Origin: Candidatus Saccharimonadota bacterium
GTDB taxonomy: Archaea; Micrarchaeota; Micrarchaeia; Micrarchaeales; Micrarchaeaceae
Direction: 5' to 3'
Assembly: GCF_002214165.1 (NCBI RefSeq)
Contig: NZ_CP019964.1
Coordinates: 570,001 to 602,000, forward strand
DNA length: 32,000 nt
Both the position numbers and the translations under genes were made by a program. Under the pieces are notes generated by a model. That model worked only from the letters and a program-made list of their open reading frames with translations, made no database searches and was not told the origin of the DNA. Numbering within the stretch: position 1 is the first letter of the stretch; each line of letters starts with the position of its first letter. Below, piece by piece: positions 1 through 9,368 of this stretch.

Positions 1-2
1 CG

Positions 3-542
3 AAGACATTGCCTTTGAAAGTAGGCTCGGACGGCTCATGGCACGAGATAGTATGGAGGGGTGTGCAGACCTTCACAAAGTACTACTGGCGTCCAGCGTT
101 TACTGTGCAGGTAGGCCAGGATGGAGAAACCGACGATGACAATTGGGAAACCGTCGCGCTCATAAACAAGCTAAGCAATTCGTACGTGGACGGCAGGCCA
201 TTCGAGTTCACTGTAACACCCATGGTAAATGTGCCTATGGGAAGGATAAAGTCGCATAGCCTCAACGAGGATGTGCTAAAGCCTTCGATGTTCGCAGTGT
301 ACTATGCAGCTTATAGGCACTTGAGGAAAATGGCATTGAGGGATGCACGCGCGGAATCAAAAGGAAATCCCCTTACGAGGATTGGCACCACGGCCGCAAT
401 GGACATAGGAAGTGGCATACTGCTTAACTATATAGGTAAGCTTGCAAAGAAGTCGGGAGTGGATCTTGAAAAGGCAAGCACCTATGGGCTCAGCGGAAAC
501 AAGGGGAAGATGATAGAATCCGTGTCGCAGATTGATGGGTGA
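3..542 (+). CDS. hypothetical protein, 5' end probably outside the window
   Basis: Track ORF 9..542 starts at a TTG. The same frame stays open back to base 3, so the gene is likely cut by the window edge. No motif recognised. This stretch is visibly more GC-rich than the accessory region downstream. Confidence 0.4.
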   Translation, partial: KTLPLKVGSDGSWHEIVWRGVQTFTKYYWRPAFTVQVGQDGETDDDNWETVALINKLSNSYVDGRPFEFTVTPMVNVPMGRIKSHSLNEDVLKPSMFAVYYAAYRHLRKMALRDARAESKGNPLTRIGTTAAMDIGSGILLNYIGKLAKKSGVDLEKASTYGLSGNKGKMIESVSQIDG

Positions 543-600
543 AACCTTGTGCGGATAAGTTAATGCCCGTGCTCTTTTAATTTTGGTGGGTTCAGGAGGC

Positions 601-1218
601 TTAATTGACCGCTATCACCGCATTTGCGAGTTCGATCGAGTGGAATGGCCCTTTTGCAATTGATCCATTAATGGTGTAAATAGCCCATATGCTCCCAGAA
701 ACGAAAGAGCCGCTTTTGTTTGGTATTATAGTGGAGTAGCTTATAACATCAGAGTCAATAGAATATGAATCATTGAAAGTCGCATGCATTATGTAGCCGC
801 TCTCCAAATCGCTGAATTCCGTGTCGTTGTTTACAATGCCATTCACTATCTCCCTTGCAAGCACCGATTTATCAGGATATGAATACAGGCTGCTCAAATT
901 ATTTGGCATAACCGATCCATTGGGAACAAAAGCGATTGTCGCAAATTTCCAATTTTTATTTGAAAGCTGCCCTAATGTTGCCAAGAATCCACCTGGATAG
1001 CTGCTTGGCATCGCGCATATGGCACCTTTCGCGGCAGTGCATGAGGTCTTGATGCTTGAAGAAGAAGGAATTGCGAGGGGATTGCCTTCATTGTTTATCC
1101 TAAATCCATTCAGGGCCAATAACGCTACAACAACAACCGCTATTATCATGACGAATATTATCGCCAGCCCATATTCTGCAATGGATTTTTCCCTCTTTTG
1201 CTCGCTTTTGGACACCAT
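601..1218 (-). CDS. membrane-anchored secreted protein, possibly class III signal peptide (pilin-like)
   Basis: 205 aa. A charged leader MVSKSEQKREKS is followed by IAEYGLAIIFVMIIAVVVVALLAL (one long hydrophobic helix), then a Ser/Asn-rich soluble part with several N-x-S/T sequons. The xAEY-plus-helix layout resembles the SAMEY-helix start of the LamG paralogs. Confidence 0.45.
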   Translation of the reverse strand: MVSKSEQKREKSIAEYGLAIIFVMIIAVVVVALLALNGFRINNEGNPLAIPSSSSIKTSCTAAKGAICAMPSSYPGGFLATLGQLSNKNWKFATIAFVPNGSVMPNNLSSLYSYPDKSVLAREIVNGIVNNDTEFSDLESGYIMHATFNDSYSIDSDVISYSTIIPNKSGSFVSGSIWAIYTINGSIAKGPFHSIELANAVIAVN

Positions 1219-1366
1219 AAATATCGCTTTTCAATATGCACAGTCTACATGCGCATATGATATATAAATAAATTGTCCCAATATTCACAATCTTCAAAAC
1301 GGTTATGTCAAAATCAGAAACAGAAAAAAGAATTAGGTAATGCAATTTTTGAGGTTCAAGCAGGAA

Positions 1367-2683
1367 TCACGGGTAATTCCTGTTCATCATCCTTGGGTAT
1401 GGTATCGCATCCCTTATGTGGTCCAATCCCATCATCCACTTTATCACTCTTTCCATCCCCATCCCAAATCCCGCATGGGGCACGGAGCCGTATCTTGCCA
1501 AGTCTATGTACCATTTATAGTTATCCATGTTGAACTTTACGCCTTTTGCCTTTTCAACTTGGCCGAACCTTTCCATAAGCTCGTCATACTTGTAGATCCT
1601 TTGGCTTGCTCCTATTATCTCCCCATTCCCATGTGGCGCCTGCATGTCAGCGCACAATACGGTCCTTTCATCTTTGGGGTTTACAGGCATGTAGAAAGGC
1701 TTCAGCTCTTTTGGCCAGTAGGTGATGAATATTGGTTTGTCTTCGTCTTCCGTGAGAAGCCTCTCCTCTTCAACACCGAAGTCGTCTCCCCACTTTAGGT
1801 CTTTGCCCTTGTCATTTAGGATCTCAAGTGCCTTCTCATATGTTACTCTCTTGAATGGGGGCTTTACTATCTTCAGCACCTCCTTGTCAATGCCAAGCTC
1901 CTTTAGGGATTCTTCATCATTGTCGACAACATGCTGTGCTATGTAGCTTACCAGGTTTTCCTGAAGCTCCATATTCATCCCTAAATCATAGTAAGCCATC
2001 TCCGGCTCAAGATGCCAGTATTCTGCAAGATGCTTTATAGTCCTTGATTTCTCAGCCCGGAACGAAGGGACAAAAGAATATACTTTCTCAAGGGAGTATA
2101 TCATTGACTCGGAATAAAGCTGTGATGATTCGGTCAGGTAAGCTTTCTTCCCGTAGTAATCCAGCTCGAACATGTCCGCTCCGGTCTCTCCTCCCGAAGC
2201 CGTTATTATAGGAGGGGTTATTTCATAAAATCCCTGCTTGTCAAGCATCTCTCTTGTATACCTGAATATATGGGACCTGACCTTCATTATCTCCGTCATC
2301 TTCCTGCTCCTAAGCCAAAGATGCCTGTTGTCAAGAAGAAGCTCTGTGCTCTGGTATTCGGTTATAGGGAACGGCTCTGATAAGCTTACCAATTTCATGG
2401 ATTTTCCGGTTATCTCGTATCCTGTCGGAGACCTGCTATCCTTCTTAAGCGTGCCAAATGCTTCAATGCTTGATTCTATAGTAGATTTCTCCGCATCGCT
2501 CCACGTTTCCGGACTTACGGAATCCTTCTTGATCGATATCTGGATTGTGCCACTACTGTCTCTTAGGATTATAAAAATGATACCTCCGCTTTCCCTTTTC
2601 CTATAAATCCATCCTCTTACAGAAACCTCTTTGCCTTCATAATCTTTCATTTCCGAAGCGTGTTGATATTCCATAAAGACCAC
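1367..2683 (-). CDS. asnS: asparaginyl-tRNA synthetase (class IIb)
   Basis: 438 aa. It has an N-terminal OB anticodon-binding region (VSVRGWIYRKRESGGIIFIILRD). Class II motif 2 reads FRAEKSRTIKHLAEYWHLEPEMAY. The C-terminus GEIIGASQR...YGSVPHAGFGMGMERVIKWMMGLDHIRDAIPYPR is the AsnRS pattern (GSVPH, EPE) rather than the AspRS pattern (GMPPHGG). Confidence 0.85.
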   Translation of the reverse strand: MVFMEYQHASEMKDYEGKEVSVRGWIYRKRESGGIIFIILRDSSGTIQISIKKDSVSPETWSDAEKSTIESSIEAFGTLKKDSRSPTGYEITGKSMKLVSLSEPFPITEYQSTELLLDNRHLWLRSRKMTEIMKVRSHIFRYTREMLDKQGFYEITPPIITASGGETGADMFELDYYGKKAYLTESSQLYSESMIYSLEKVYSFVPSFRAEKSRTIKHLAEYWHLEPEMAYYDLGMNMELQENLVSYIAQHVVDNDEESLKELGIDKEVLKIVKPPFKRVTYEKALEILNDKGKDLKWGDDFGVEEERLLTEDEDKPIFITYWPKELKPFYMPVNPKDERTVLCADMQAPHGNGEIIGASQRIYKYDELMERFGQVEKAKGVKFNMDNYKWYIDLARYGSVPHAGFGMGMERVIKWMMGLDHIRDAIPYPRMMNRNYP

Positions 2684-2751
2684 TATACTTTATTTCGATA
2701 AACTATTTAAAAAACCCTTTGTAAAAAGGAAATTTGGACTCCTTTGCAAGG

Positions 2752-4401
2752 TCAATCAGAAAACATCTTGAGCTTTTCAATCTGCTCCTTGGTTGCCTTT
2801 TTGAATATGGGCTTTACCTCTTTGCTGTAATCCAGATTTATGCCAGCATCAAGCAAACCTAATTTGGGCTTGCCCGATATTCCAAAATAATCCAATATGT
2901 CACCGCTTGCCTTAGGCGTAAAAGGATATGAAAGAACGCCTATTGCGTACACCGTATAGATAAGGTTTCCCATGACCTCAGAAAACCTGTTCTTTACTTC
3001 AGTATCGGAAAGGTCCTTCTTCATCTTCCAGGGTTCGGATCCGCTTATAAGGCTGTTCCCCTCCTCTGCCAGGTCTATCAAATCGTGAAGGGCCTCCCTA
3101 AGGCTAATCGATTCAAAGTCGGACTTGTATTTTTCTATTATAGATTTTATTTTGCTTCCGTAATCTTTGGACATTTCTATCCTGCCTATGTGCTCTGAAT
3201 TGGATTTTGCTATCGTCAAGACACGATTGACAAAATTTCCTATCTTGTCATTCATTATCTTGTCAACCACTTCAAGCAAAAGGTCTATTGAGAAATCCGC
3301 ATCAGACGTTTCGGGAAGCCTGTATATCAAGGCGAACCTCAGGTAATCAGGATCCATCACACCAAGCGAATTCTCTACATTCATCCCTATGCCATTGCTC
3401 TTTGAGAATTTTAACCCTCTTGCCGTAAGGTACTCGTATGCTTTTATTGTGTATGGCAGCACAAGATTGTCCATTGAGCCTATAAGTATGCCCGGCCACA
3501 TCATCGTATGGAACTCTATGTTGTCCTTGCCCATAAATTCAATGAGCTTTGTATCTTTTGATTTCCAGTACTGCTCCCATTTGCCTTCATCCCACTCCCT
3601 TGTTATCCCTATGTATCCTATCACTGCATCAAACCAGACATAAAACTTCTTGTCCTTAAAACCTTCCATAGGGACATCGAATCCCCAATCTATATTCCTT
3701 GTTATATCCCTTGGCTTCAATCCCTGTTCAAGATAGCTAAGAGGCTTGTTTATCGCGGTTATGCTCCAGTTGTTGCCCTTTCTGTCATCTATAAAATCCT
3801 TTATCTCCGGCTGCAGCTTTTTCAGGTCTATTGCCAGGTTCTTGGTCTCCTTGAATGATATGTCGGTGCCGCCGCATATCCTGCAGTGCGGCTTTATCAG
3901 GTCTGTAGGATTTAGAAGATGCCCGCAGTTTTCACATTGGTCTCCTCTTGCCTTTTCATATCCGCAGAATGGGCAGGTGCCTTCTATAAAGGTGTCAGCC
4001 AAGAAAAGCTTGTCGGTATTGCAGTATGGCTGTATATCAGTAACCTCTACTATAAAGCCATTTTTGTAAAGCTTGTCAAACAGCCAATATACGGTTTCTT
4101 TGTTCTTTTCCGAATCAGTCTTTCCGTAATAAGTGAAGGTGCATTCAAACCTTGCCATTGCCTCCTTTATCTTTTCATGTACCGATTCCGCCAGCTCCTT
4201 TGGGGTTATGCCTTTCTTTATTGCCTGTATCTCTATTGGGGTGCCGTGCTGGTCTGACCCGCATATGAATATCGCATCTTCGCCTTTCATATCTATGTAC
4301 TTGTAGAATACGTCAGCAGGTAGTATCGACCCTACAAAGTTGCCTAAATGCGGCACCCCTTCTGCATAAGGGAGTGCCGAAGTGATTATATATTTTGACA
4401 T
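2752..4401 (-). CDS. metG: methionyl-tRNA synthetase (core enzyme, no C-terminal tRNA-binding extension)
   Basis: The real start is most likely MSKYIITSALPYAEGVPHLGNF (ATG at 4401). The first 45 codons of the track ORF are a Cys/Phe-rich read-through of the promoter. HIGH-type motif PHLGN, KMSKS-type motif KFSKSNG, and zinc knuckles CPFCGYEKARGDQCENCG and CRICGG are present. Confidence 0.9.
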   Translation of the reverse strand: MSKYIITSALPYAEGVPHLGNFVGSILPADVFYKYIDMKGEDAIFICGSDQHGTPIEIQAIKKGITPKELAESVHEKIKEAMARFECTFTYYGKTDSEKNKETVYWLFDKLYKNGFIVEVTDIQPYCNTDKLFLADTFIEGTCPFCGYEKARGDQCENCGHLLNPTDLIKPHCRICGGTDISFKETKNLAIDLKKLQPEIKDFIDDRKGNNWSITAINKPLSYLEQGLKPRDITRNIDWGFDVPMEGFKDKKFYVWFDAVIGYIGITREWDEGKWEQYWKSKDTKLIEFMGKDNIEFHTMMWPGILIGSMDNLVLPYTIKAYEYLTARGLKFSKSNGIGMNVENSLGVMDPDYLRFALIYRLPETSDADFSIDLLLEVVDKIMNDKIGNFVNRVLTIAKSNSEHIGRIEMSKDYGSKIKSIIEKYKSDFESISLREALHDLIDLAEEGNSLISGSEPWKMKKDLSDTEVKNRFSEVMGNLIYTVYAIGVLSYPFTPKASGDILDYFGISGKPKLGLLDAGINLDYSKEVKPIFKKATKEQIEKLKMFSD

Positions 4402-4521
4402 GTCAATGCACTTGTAACAGTTAAACCATAAATACTTAAATAATAGAAATATAATAGAAATTGATTTTAATAAAATATAAAAACACAGCTGTGCAGATGC
4501 TATAAAATCACAGTGGTCAAA
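4402..4521. promoter_or_regulatory. divergent AT-rich promoter region between metG and mcm
   Basis: A 120-nt gap between divergently oriented genes carries several TATA-like blocks: ATAAATACTTAAATAA about 25-40 nt from the metG ATG, and AAATATAAAAA and CTATAAAAT upstream of the mcm ATG. Individual boxes are not assignable without TSS data. Confidence 0.35.
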
Positions 4522-6585
4522 ATGGCAGAACAACAAACCTCGTCTTTGAAATTGCTTTTCGATGAATTTCTTGAGTCCTATTACTCGGACGAGATTAAAG
4601 ACATAATAATAAAATTCCCCAACAAGCGCAGCCTGCCAGTAAACATAAGTGACTTGGAGGAGTTTGATCCAGATACGGCAACAAACCTTATAGCGGATCC
4701 CGAAATCATAATCGATGCTGCAAACGAATCACTGATGGGAAAGCTTGCAGGTCTGAATTTTGATACTTATATACCGCACGTGCGTTTTTACAATCAGTCT
4801 ATAAACACGCCAATGGTCCTTAATGTAGGTTCAGCTTACATAAACAAGTTTGTTTCTATAGACGCTTTGGTCGTCAAAAGATCTGATATAAGGCCAAAGA
4901 TAAGGGACGCAGTATTCGTATGCACATTCTGCAATGCGAAGGTCAAGGCCAATCTAGAGAAAGAAGAGATACCCAAGGTATGCCCCGAGTGCAAGAAGCG
5001 CACGTTGAAGATAGTCCCCGAAGAGTCGTCATTTTTCAATTCCCAAAAGATAGCGGTCCAAGACCCTCTTGAAAGGCTTAGCGGCAGCATACCAACATGG
5101 CAACTGGAGGCATGGCTTGACGATGACCTTGTGAACATGGCGATTCCAGGAGACCGCATCGAGATTTCAGGGGTGCTTAAGATACGCCCCAGAAAGGATT
5201 CAAGAGGCAAAGTTGATCCAAGCATATATTCGATGTACTTAAACGTAACATCGTTGGAGACAAAGCAGAAGGAGTTCGCGGACATTGACATAAGCGAAGA
5301 TGAAGAGAGGCAGATAAAGGAGCTGTCCAAGGACCCAGAAATATTCAACAAAGTAACCCAATCCGTAGCCCCTTCAATATACGGATATAATGAGATTAAG
5401 CAGGCGGTCGCATTGCAGCTTTTTGGGGGCACCCCCGGAAAGAAGCTCGTTGACGGAGGCCAGATAAGAAGCGACATGCATATACTGCTCATAGGAGACC
5501 CTGGAAGCGCTAAGACTAGGATACTGCAATCTGTATCAAGGCTGGTGCCAAAAGGCATATATGTAAGTGGAAAATCAGTGACAGGGGGAGGTTTGACAGC
5601 AGTTGCAGAGAGAGACGATTTTTCAGAGGGGGGATGGACCCTGAAAGCGGGGGCAATGGTGCTTGGCAATGGGGGGATAGTGGCCATAGACGAATTCGAC
5701 AAGATAAGCGAAGAGGATACAGCGGCGCTTCACGAGGCTCTTGAATCCCAGACGATAAGCGTAGCAAAAGCAGGAATAATAGCTACTTTCAATGCAAAGG
5801 CGTCCGTTCTTGCTGCCGCAAACCCAAAGTTCGGAAGGTTCGATCCACACAAATACCCCGCGGAGCAGTTTGACATATCCCCGACATTGCTTTCAAGGTT
5901 CGACCTTATATTCCCAATAAGAGACATAATGGATACGGAGCTTGACAAGAGCATTGCGAATTACATACTTAATCAGCACGAGGCCGCAGGTGCAGCAATA
6001 GCAGATGTGGAAAGCTCGGTGGCAGCAGAGGAACCTCCAATAGAGCATTCACTGCTAAAGAAGTATATTGCCTACGCAAAGAGGTATGTGATGCCAAGGC
6101 TAAGCGAAGAAGCCTCAAACAGGATAAAAGAGTACTATGTGGACTTGAGGCGTGCAGGCTCAATGAAGGGTGCGACTCCTATAACCCCAAGGCAGATAGA
6201 GGGCCTGATCAGGATGGCAGAAGCAAGTGCGAAAAGCCAGCTTAGGGATGTGGTAAGCGTAAAAGATGCAAATCTGGCGATAAGCCTAAGCGAATACATG
6301 CTCAAGACATTGGCGGTTGACACGGAAGGGCGCACAGATATAGACACAATATTGACTGGAATGCCAAGGGAGAAGGTCGACAAGATAAACGTCATCCTTG
6401 ATGCGGTGAAGAAGCTTGAAGAGATGGACGGTTCGGCAAAGATAGACAGGATATTCGAGGAGGTCGCCAAGCAGGGAGTGGACAAGAATACAGCCAACAA
6501 GTACATAAACGAGCTTGAGCAGAGCGGTGACATATTCAGCCCAAAGATGGGGATCATAAAGGTGGTTAGGCATGAAGAAGAGTAA
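4522..6585 (+). CDS. mcm: MCM replicative helicase
   Basis: Zinc finger CTFCNAKV...CPECKK in the N-terminal OB domain, Walker A GDPGSAKT, Walker B AIDEFDKI, arginine-finger region SRFDLIF, and a C-terminal winged-helix-like tail. Probable start is the ATG at 4522 (MAEQQ); the track start at 4513 is a GTG 3 codons upstream. Confidence 0.95.
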   Translation: MAEQQTSSLKLLFDEFLESYYSDEIKDIIIKFPNKRSLPVNISDLEEFDPDTATNLIADPEIIIDAANESLMGKLAGLNFDTYIPHVRFYNQSINTPMVLNVGSAYINKFVSIDALVVKRSDIRPKIRDAVFVCTFCNAKVKANLEKEEIPKVCPECKKRTLKIVPEESSFFNSQKIAVQDPLERLSGSIPTWQLEAWLDDDLVNMAIPGDRIEISGVLKIRPRKDSRGKVDPSIYSMYLNVTSLETKQKEFADIDISEDEERQIKELSKDPEIFNKVTQSVAPSIYGYNEIKQAVALQLFGGTPGKKLVDGGQIRSDMHILLIGDPGSAKTRILQSVSRLVPKGIYVSGKSVTGGGLTAVAERDDFSEGGWTLKAGAMVLGNGGIVAIDEFDKISEEDTAALHEALESQTISVAKAGIIATFNAKASVLAAANPKFGRFDPHKYPAEQFDISPTLLSRFDLIFPIRDIMDTELDKSIANYILNQHEAAGAAIADVESSVAAEEPPIEHSLLKKYIAYAKRYVMPRLSEEASNRIKEYYVDLRRAGSMKGATPITPRQIEGLIRMAEASAKSQLRDVVSVKDANLAISLSEYMLKTLAVDTEGRTDIDTILTGMPREKVDKINVILDAVKKLEEMDGSAKIDRIFEEVAKQGVDKNTANKYINELEQSGDIFSPKMGIIKVVRHEEE

Positions 6586-6587
6586 AG

Positions 6588-7556
6588 GTGTTGTTTTTGA
6601 GTCTTAAGCTTATAGGTACAAGGCAATTTCTGCAGATTATAATAATGTTCATGATAGTGCAGTTCTTTGGGCTTTTCCTTGTGGCAATACAGTTCAACGG
6701 AATATCTGTGAGCGACATAACAGCAGCCAACGTTGTGAATACTCCGATTACAGCAATCTATTTCGTGATATATATAGTTATAGCGACTGCAATACTGCTG
6801 ATTGTGCTTAAAGTATACCGCAACATTTTCAAGCTTCTTGAGCTTTTTGTTATATTCCTTACAGGTTTTTACTTCTTCATAGAACTCTTCTCGCCTTTTG
6901 AGGTAAGCACAACATCCCTTTACATTGGCATGGTCGTTGCAGGGCTGCTTGGGATAACCTTGATACTGCTGAAAAGGAAATGGCCGAATCTAAGGAACTC
7001 CGTGGCAATAATATCCGCAATAGGATTTGGCACAATATTGGGGATAGGATTCAGCTTTGAAATTGCTCTTGCGTTCATGGCCATAATGGCGGTATACGAT
7101 TTCATATCGGTATTCGTGACCAAGCATATGCTTACATTAGCGAATACCGCGATAGAGAACAACCTCGCCCTGCTTGTTGATTCTACAGAAGTGGAAGCGG
7201 TGCCAAGGTCCGAATTATCCGCGGAGCAGCTGAAGGAATATGAGCAGAACGAGAAAGAGGCGTCAAAGAAAAGCAAAACCCACCTGTTTGAGGTATTCGA
7301 CAAGCAGGGCTATGCAGAAGTTCCCACAAGCAGTGCTTTGGGTACTGGAGACATGATATTCCCTCTGATGGTTGCGGTATCCGCATTCAAGGTAAACTAC
7401 AATTTCATACTTCCAATGTTCATAGTGATGGGTTCAATATTCGGAATGCTGTTCACAATGTTCCTATTGAACAGGTACAAGAGGGCCCTTCCGGCCATAC
7501 CACCATTGCTTTTCGGAATACTGATATTCCTGCTAATATATCTATTGATATTCTGA
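6588..7556 (+). CDS. presenilin/signal-peptide-peptidase family (A22) intramembrane aspartyl protease homologue
   Basis: Polytopic membrane protein with the family signature in order: AVYDFISVF (YD), LGTGDMIFP (GxGD) and KRALPAIPP (PAL-like). A charged loop (SELSAEQLKEYEQNEKEASKKSK) separates the two catalytic helices. It starts 2 nt after the mcm stop. The start codon is uncertain (GTG 6588 or ATG 6645). Confidence 0.75.
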   Translation: MLFLSLKLIGTRQFLQIIIMFMIVQFFGLFLVAIQFNGISVSDITAANVVNTPITAIYFVIYIVIATAILLIVLKVYRNIFKLLELFVIFLTGFYFFIELFSPFEVSTTSLYIGMVVAGLLGITLILLKRKWPNLRNSVAIISAIGFGTILGIGFSFEIALAFMAIMAVYDFISVFVTKHMLTLANTAIENNLALLVDSTEVEAVPRSELSAEQLKEYEQNEKEASKKSKTHLFEVFDKQGYAEVPTSSALGTGDMIFPLMVAVSAFKVNYNFILPMFIVMGSIFGMLFTMFLLNRYKRALPAIPPLLFGILIFLLIYLLIF

Positions 7557-7663
7557 GTGTTAGACTAAAACCTGCAAAATAATCTCATAAATTCATAAAT
7601 AAAGTAATGAAACAATTTCATCTGCTTAAAAAACGATAATGCAAAAGAAACAATATTAAGAAG

Positions 7664-8074
7664 TTGCCAGAATATCCTAAAATACTATCCTCATATAATA
7701 TCAATAAGTGGGATCTGAGCCTGCTATTGCCTAAAGAGGGTTTAGAAAATTACAAATCATTAACCGATGGAATAGAAAACGGTCTAGATGAAAAGACCCT
7801 AAATAATATTCTCGAAAAAGCTAAAGAATATGGTATTACTACATCTTTAGGAGATACCAAACCACAAAGCACGGGGCATCAGATATTCGAATGCGGTGCT
7901 GGATTACATTTTATGTCGATTCAAGCTGATCTAACTGCTTATCCCTGCCCATTATTACCATATACACGGTTCAAAAATCTTTATGGTTTTAGCATACATA
8001 AACTGGAGGAGGCAAGAGATATATGGGAGTCTAATCAATTTAACAAAGTGAGCGGGAAATCCCACACGCTTTAG
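7664..8074 (+). pseudogene. remnant of a radical-SAM/SPASM-domain gene, lacking its 5' part and cut at its 3' end next to the IS element
   Basis: The 136-aa ORF starts at a TTG with no radical-SAM CxxxCxxC core upstream. It contains the SPASM-type FECGAGLHFMSIQADLTAYPC...LYGFSIHKLEEARDIWES segment but lacks the following CxxCx5Cx3C cluster. Its stop codon lies inside the IS left-end hairpin. Confidence 0.45.
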
Positions 8075-8083
8075 CGGTGGGAT
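8059..8083 (+). repeat. IS left-end (LE) imperfect palindrome/hairpin
   Basis: atcccacacgc ttta gcggtgggat: a 10-bp stem with one bulged A and a TTTA loop. Confidence 0.8.
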
Positions 8084-8120
8084 GAAAGCGAACTGCTGAA
8101 TAAAGTAAAGGTGTATAAAT

Positions 8121-9368
8121 ATGAATGGTTATACAAACAACATGGATTCCACAAGAGCCTATAAATTCAGGATCTATCCAGATACTAAAAGGCAGAATGA
8201 GATAGATGAAAGGCTAATACTTGCGCAGCAGTTCTACAACAGGATTCTTGAGAAGTCAATCGCATCCTACCAGAACGGAAAGAGAAAAGTCTCGATGGCA
8301 CAGTTCAACAGGTTCATCAAAGAAATAATCCAAGAAGACAAGAAATACCTGAAACTATACTCGCAGACGAGATGCGAGATTGAATATAGGCTTCTCAAGG
8401 CATATCAAAACTTCTTCAGGAGAATCAAGGAAGGAAACAGGAAGGCAGGATTCCCGAGATTCAGGTCAAGGGACAGGTACAAGTCAATAACATATCCTCA
8501 GTACAATGGCTCTTTCTCGATAAAGAGGGGCAGGCTGAGAGTCTCAAGGATAGGCACAATGAGGATAGAATTGCATAGGAAGATTGAAGGCACAATAAAG
8601 ACGCTTGCGATAAAGAGAGAGGGAAGAAATTATTATGCTGTTCTTACCACACTAAACGAAATCAAAACCCCACAAGTGGAGGACACAAATCCAATCGGAA
8701 TAGACATGGGATTGAATTCATTCGTTGCAATGTCAGATGGAACAAAAATAGAAAAGCCGAAATTCATGCAACAGGAAAGAAAGAGGATTGCGCGTTGGCA
8801 GAGAATAGTCGCACGAAGAAACAAAGGTTCAAAGAGAAGGGGGAAGGCAAAAATACATCTCCAAAATACATACGAATATTCGACAAACCAGTCGGACGAC
8901 TACTTGCATAAACTGTCAGATAAACTCGTAAATTCAGGATATACCTCATTCGCAGTAGAGAAACTCAACATTCAGAATATGGTAAAGAATCATAGATTAG
9001 CAGGTTCGATACAAAACGTTTCATGGAACAGGTTCATCCAAATGCTCTCATACAAGGCTGAAAGTGCTGGTATGAAAGTAATAAAAGTAGATTCAAGGGA
9101 CACGACGCAGGAATGCAGCAACTGCCACCATATAAAGGAAGGCAGTGAAAGGTTGACTTTAGGAGACAGGTTATACCGCTGCAACGTCTGCGGACTGGAA
9201 ATTGACAGAGATATAAATGCATCAATAAACATATTGCACAGAGCAACTACCCTCGGACAGAGGGAAAGTCACGCTCGGGGAGAGAGTGTAAGGCCTCAAA
9301 GGGAGGCAGTTCTCGCTGAACTGAGAACCGATAAAACACATCCTTTGCGGGATGTGGTGTTTGTATGA
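8121..9368 (+). CDS. tnpB: TnpB (OrfB_IS605) RNA-guided nuclease
   Basis: N-terminal AYKFRIYPDTKRQNEIDERL (OrfB N-terminal HTH pattern). RuvC residues in IGIDMGLNSF, FAVEKLNIQNM and IDRDINASINI. Zinc finger CSNCHH...CNVCG lies between RuvC-II and RuvC-III. Confidence 0.9.
   Translation: MNGYTNNMDSTRAYKFRIYPDTKRQNEIDERLILAQQFYNRILEKSIASYQNGKRKVSMAQFNRFIKEIIQEDKKYLKLYSQTRCEIEYRLLKAYQNFFRRIKEGNRKAGFPRFRSRDRYKSITYPQYNGSFSIKRGRLRVSRIGTMRIELHRKIEGTIKTLAIKREGRNYYAVLTTLNEIKTPQVEDTNPIGIDMGLNSFVAMSDGTKIEKPKFMQQERKRIARWQRIVARRNKGSKRRGKAKIHLQNTYEYSTNQSDDYLHKLSDKLVNSGYTSFAVEKLNIQNMVKNHRLAGSIQNVSWNRFIQMLSYKAESAGMKVIKVDSRDTTQECSNCHHIKEGSERLTLGDRLYRCNVCGLEIDRDINASINILHRATTLGQRESHARGESVRPQREAVLAELRTDKTHPLRDVVFV

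Noticed and set aside
1019-1798. Overlapping ORFs 1019..1267, 1100..1345, 1273..1533 and 1340..1798 around the 601..1218 / asnS junction.
   Set aside because: They overlap better-supported genes on the opposite strand or span the intergenic promoter region. No motifs are present, and the composition is consistent with antisense translation of asnS.
4402-4536. 45-codon N-terminal extension of the MetRS ORF (MLFCHFDHCDFIAS...), which would overlap the mcm start.
   Set aside because: The extension translates the AT-rich promoter region. The canonical MetRS N-terminus (MSKYIITSALPY..HLGN) begins at the ATG at 4401.
4836-6626. Several 60-290-aa antisense ORFs inside mcm (4836..5702, 5516..5767, 5623..5850, 5730..5954, 5969..6163, 6135..6626, 6286..6573).
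   Set aside because: All overlap a very strongly supported CDS on the other strand and have Ser/Leu/Pro-rich, motif-free translations. They are typical shadow ORFs.
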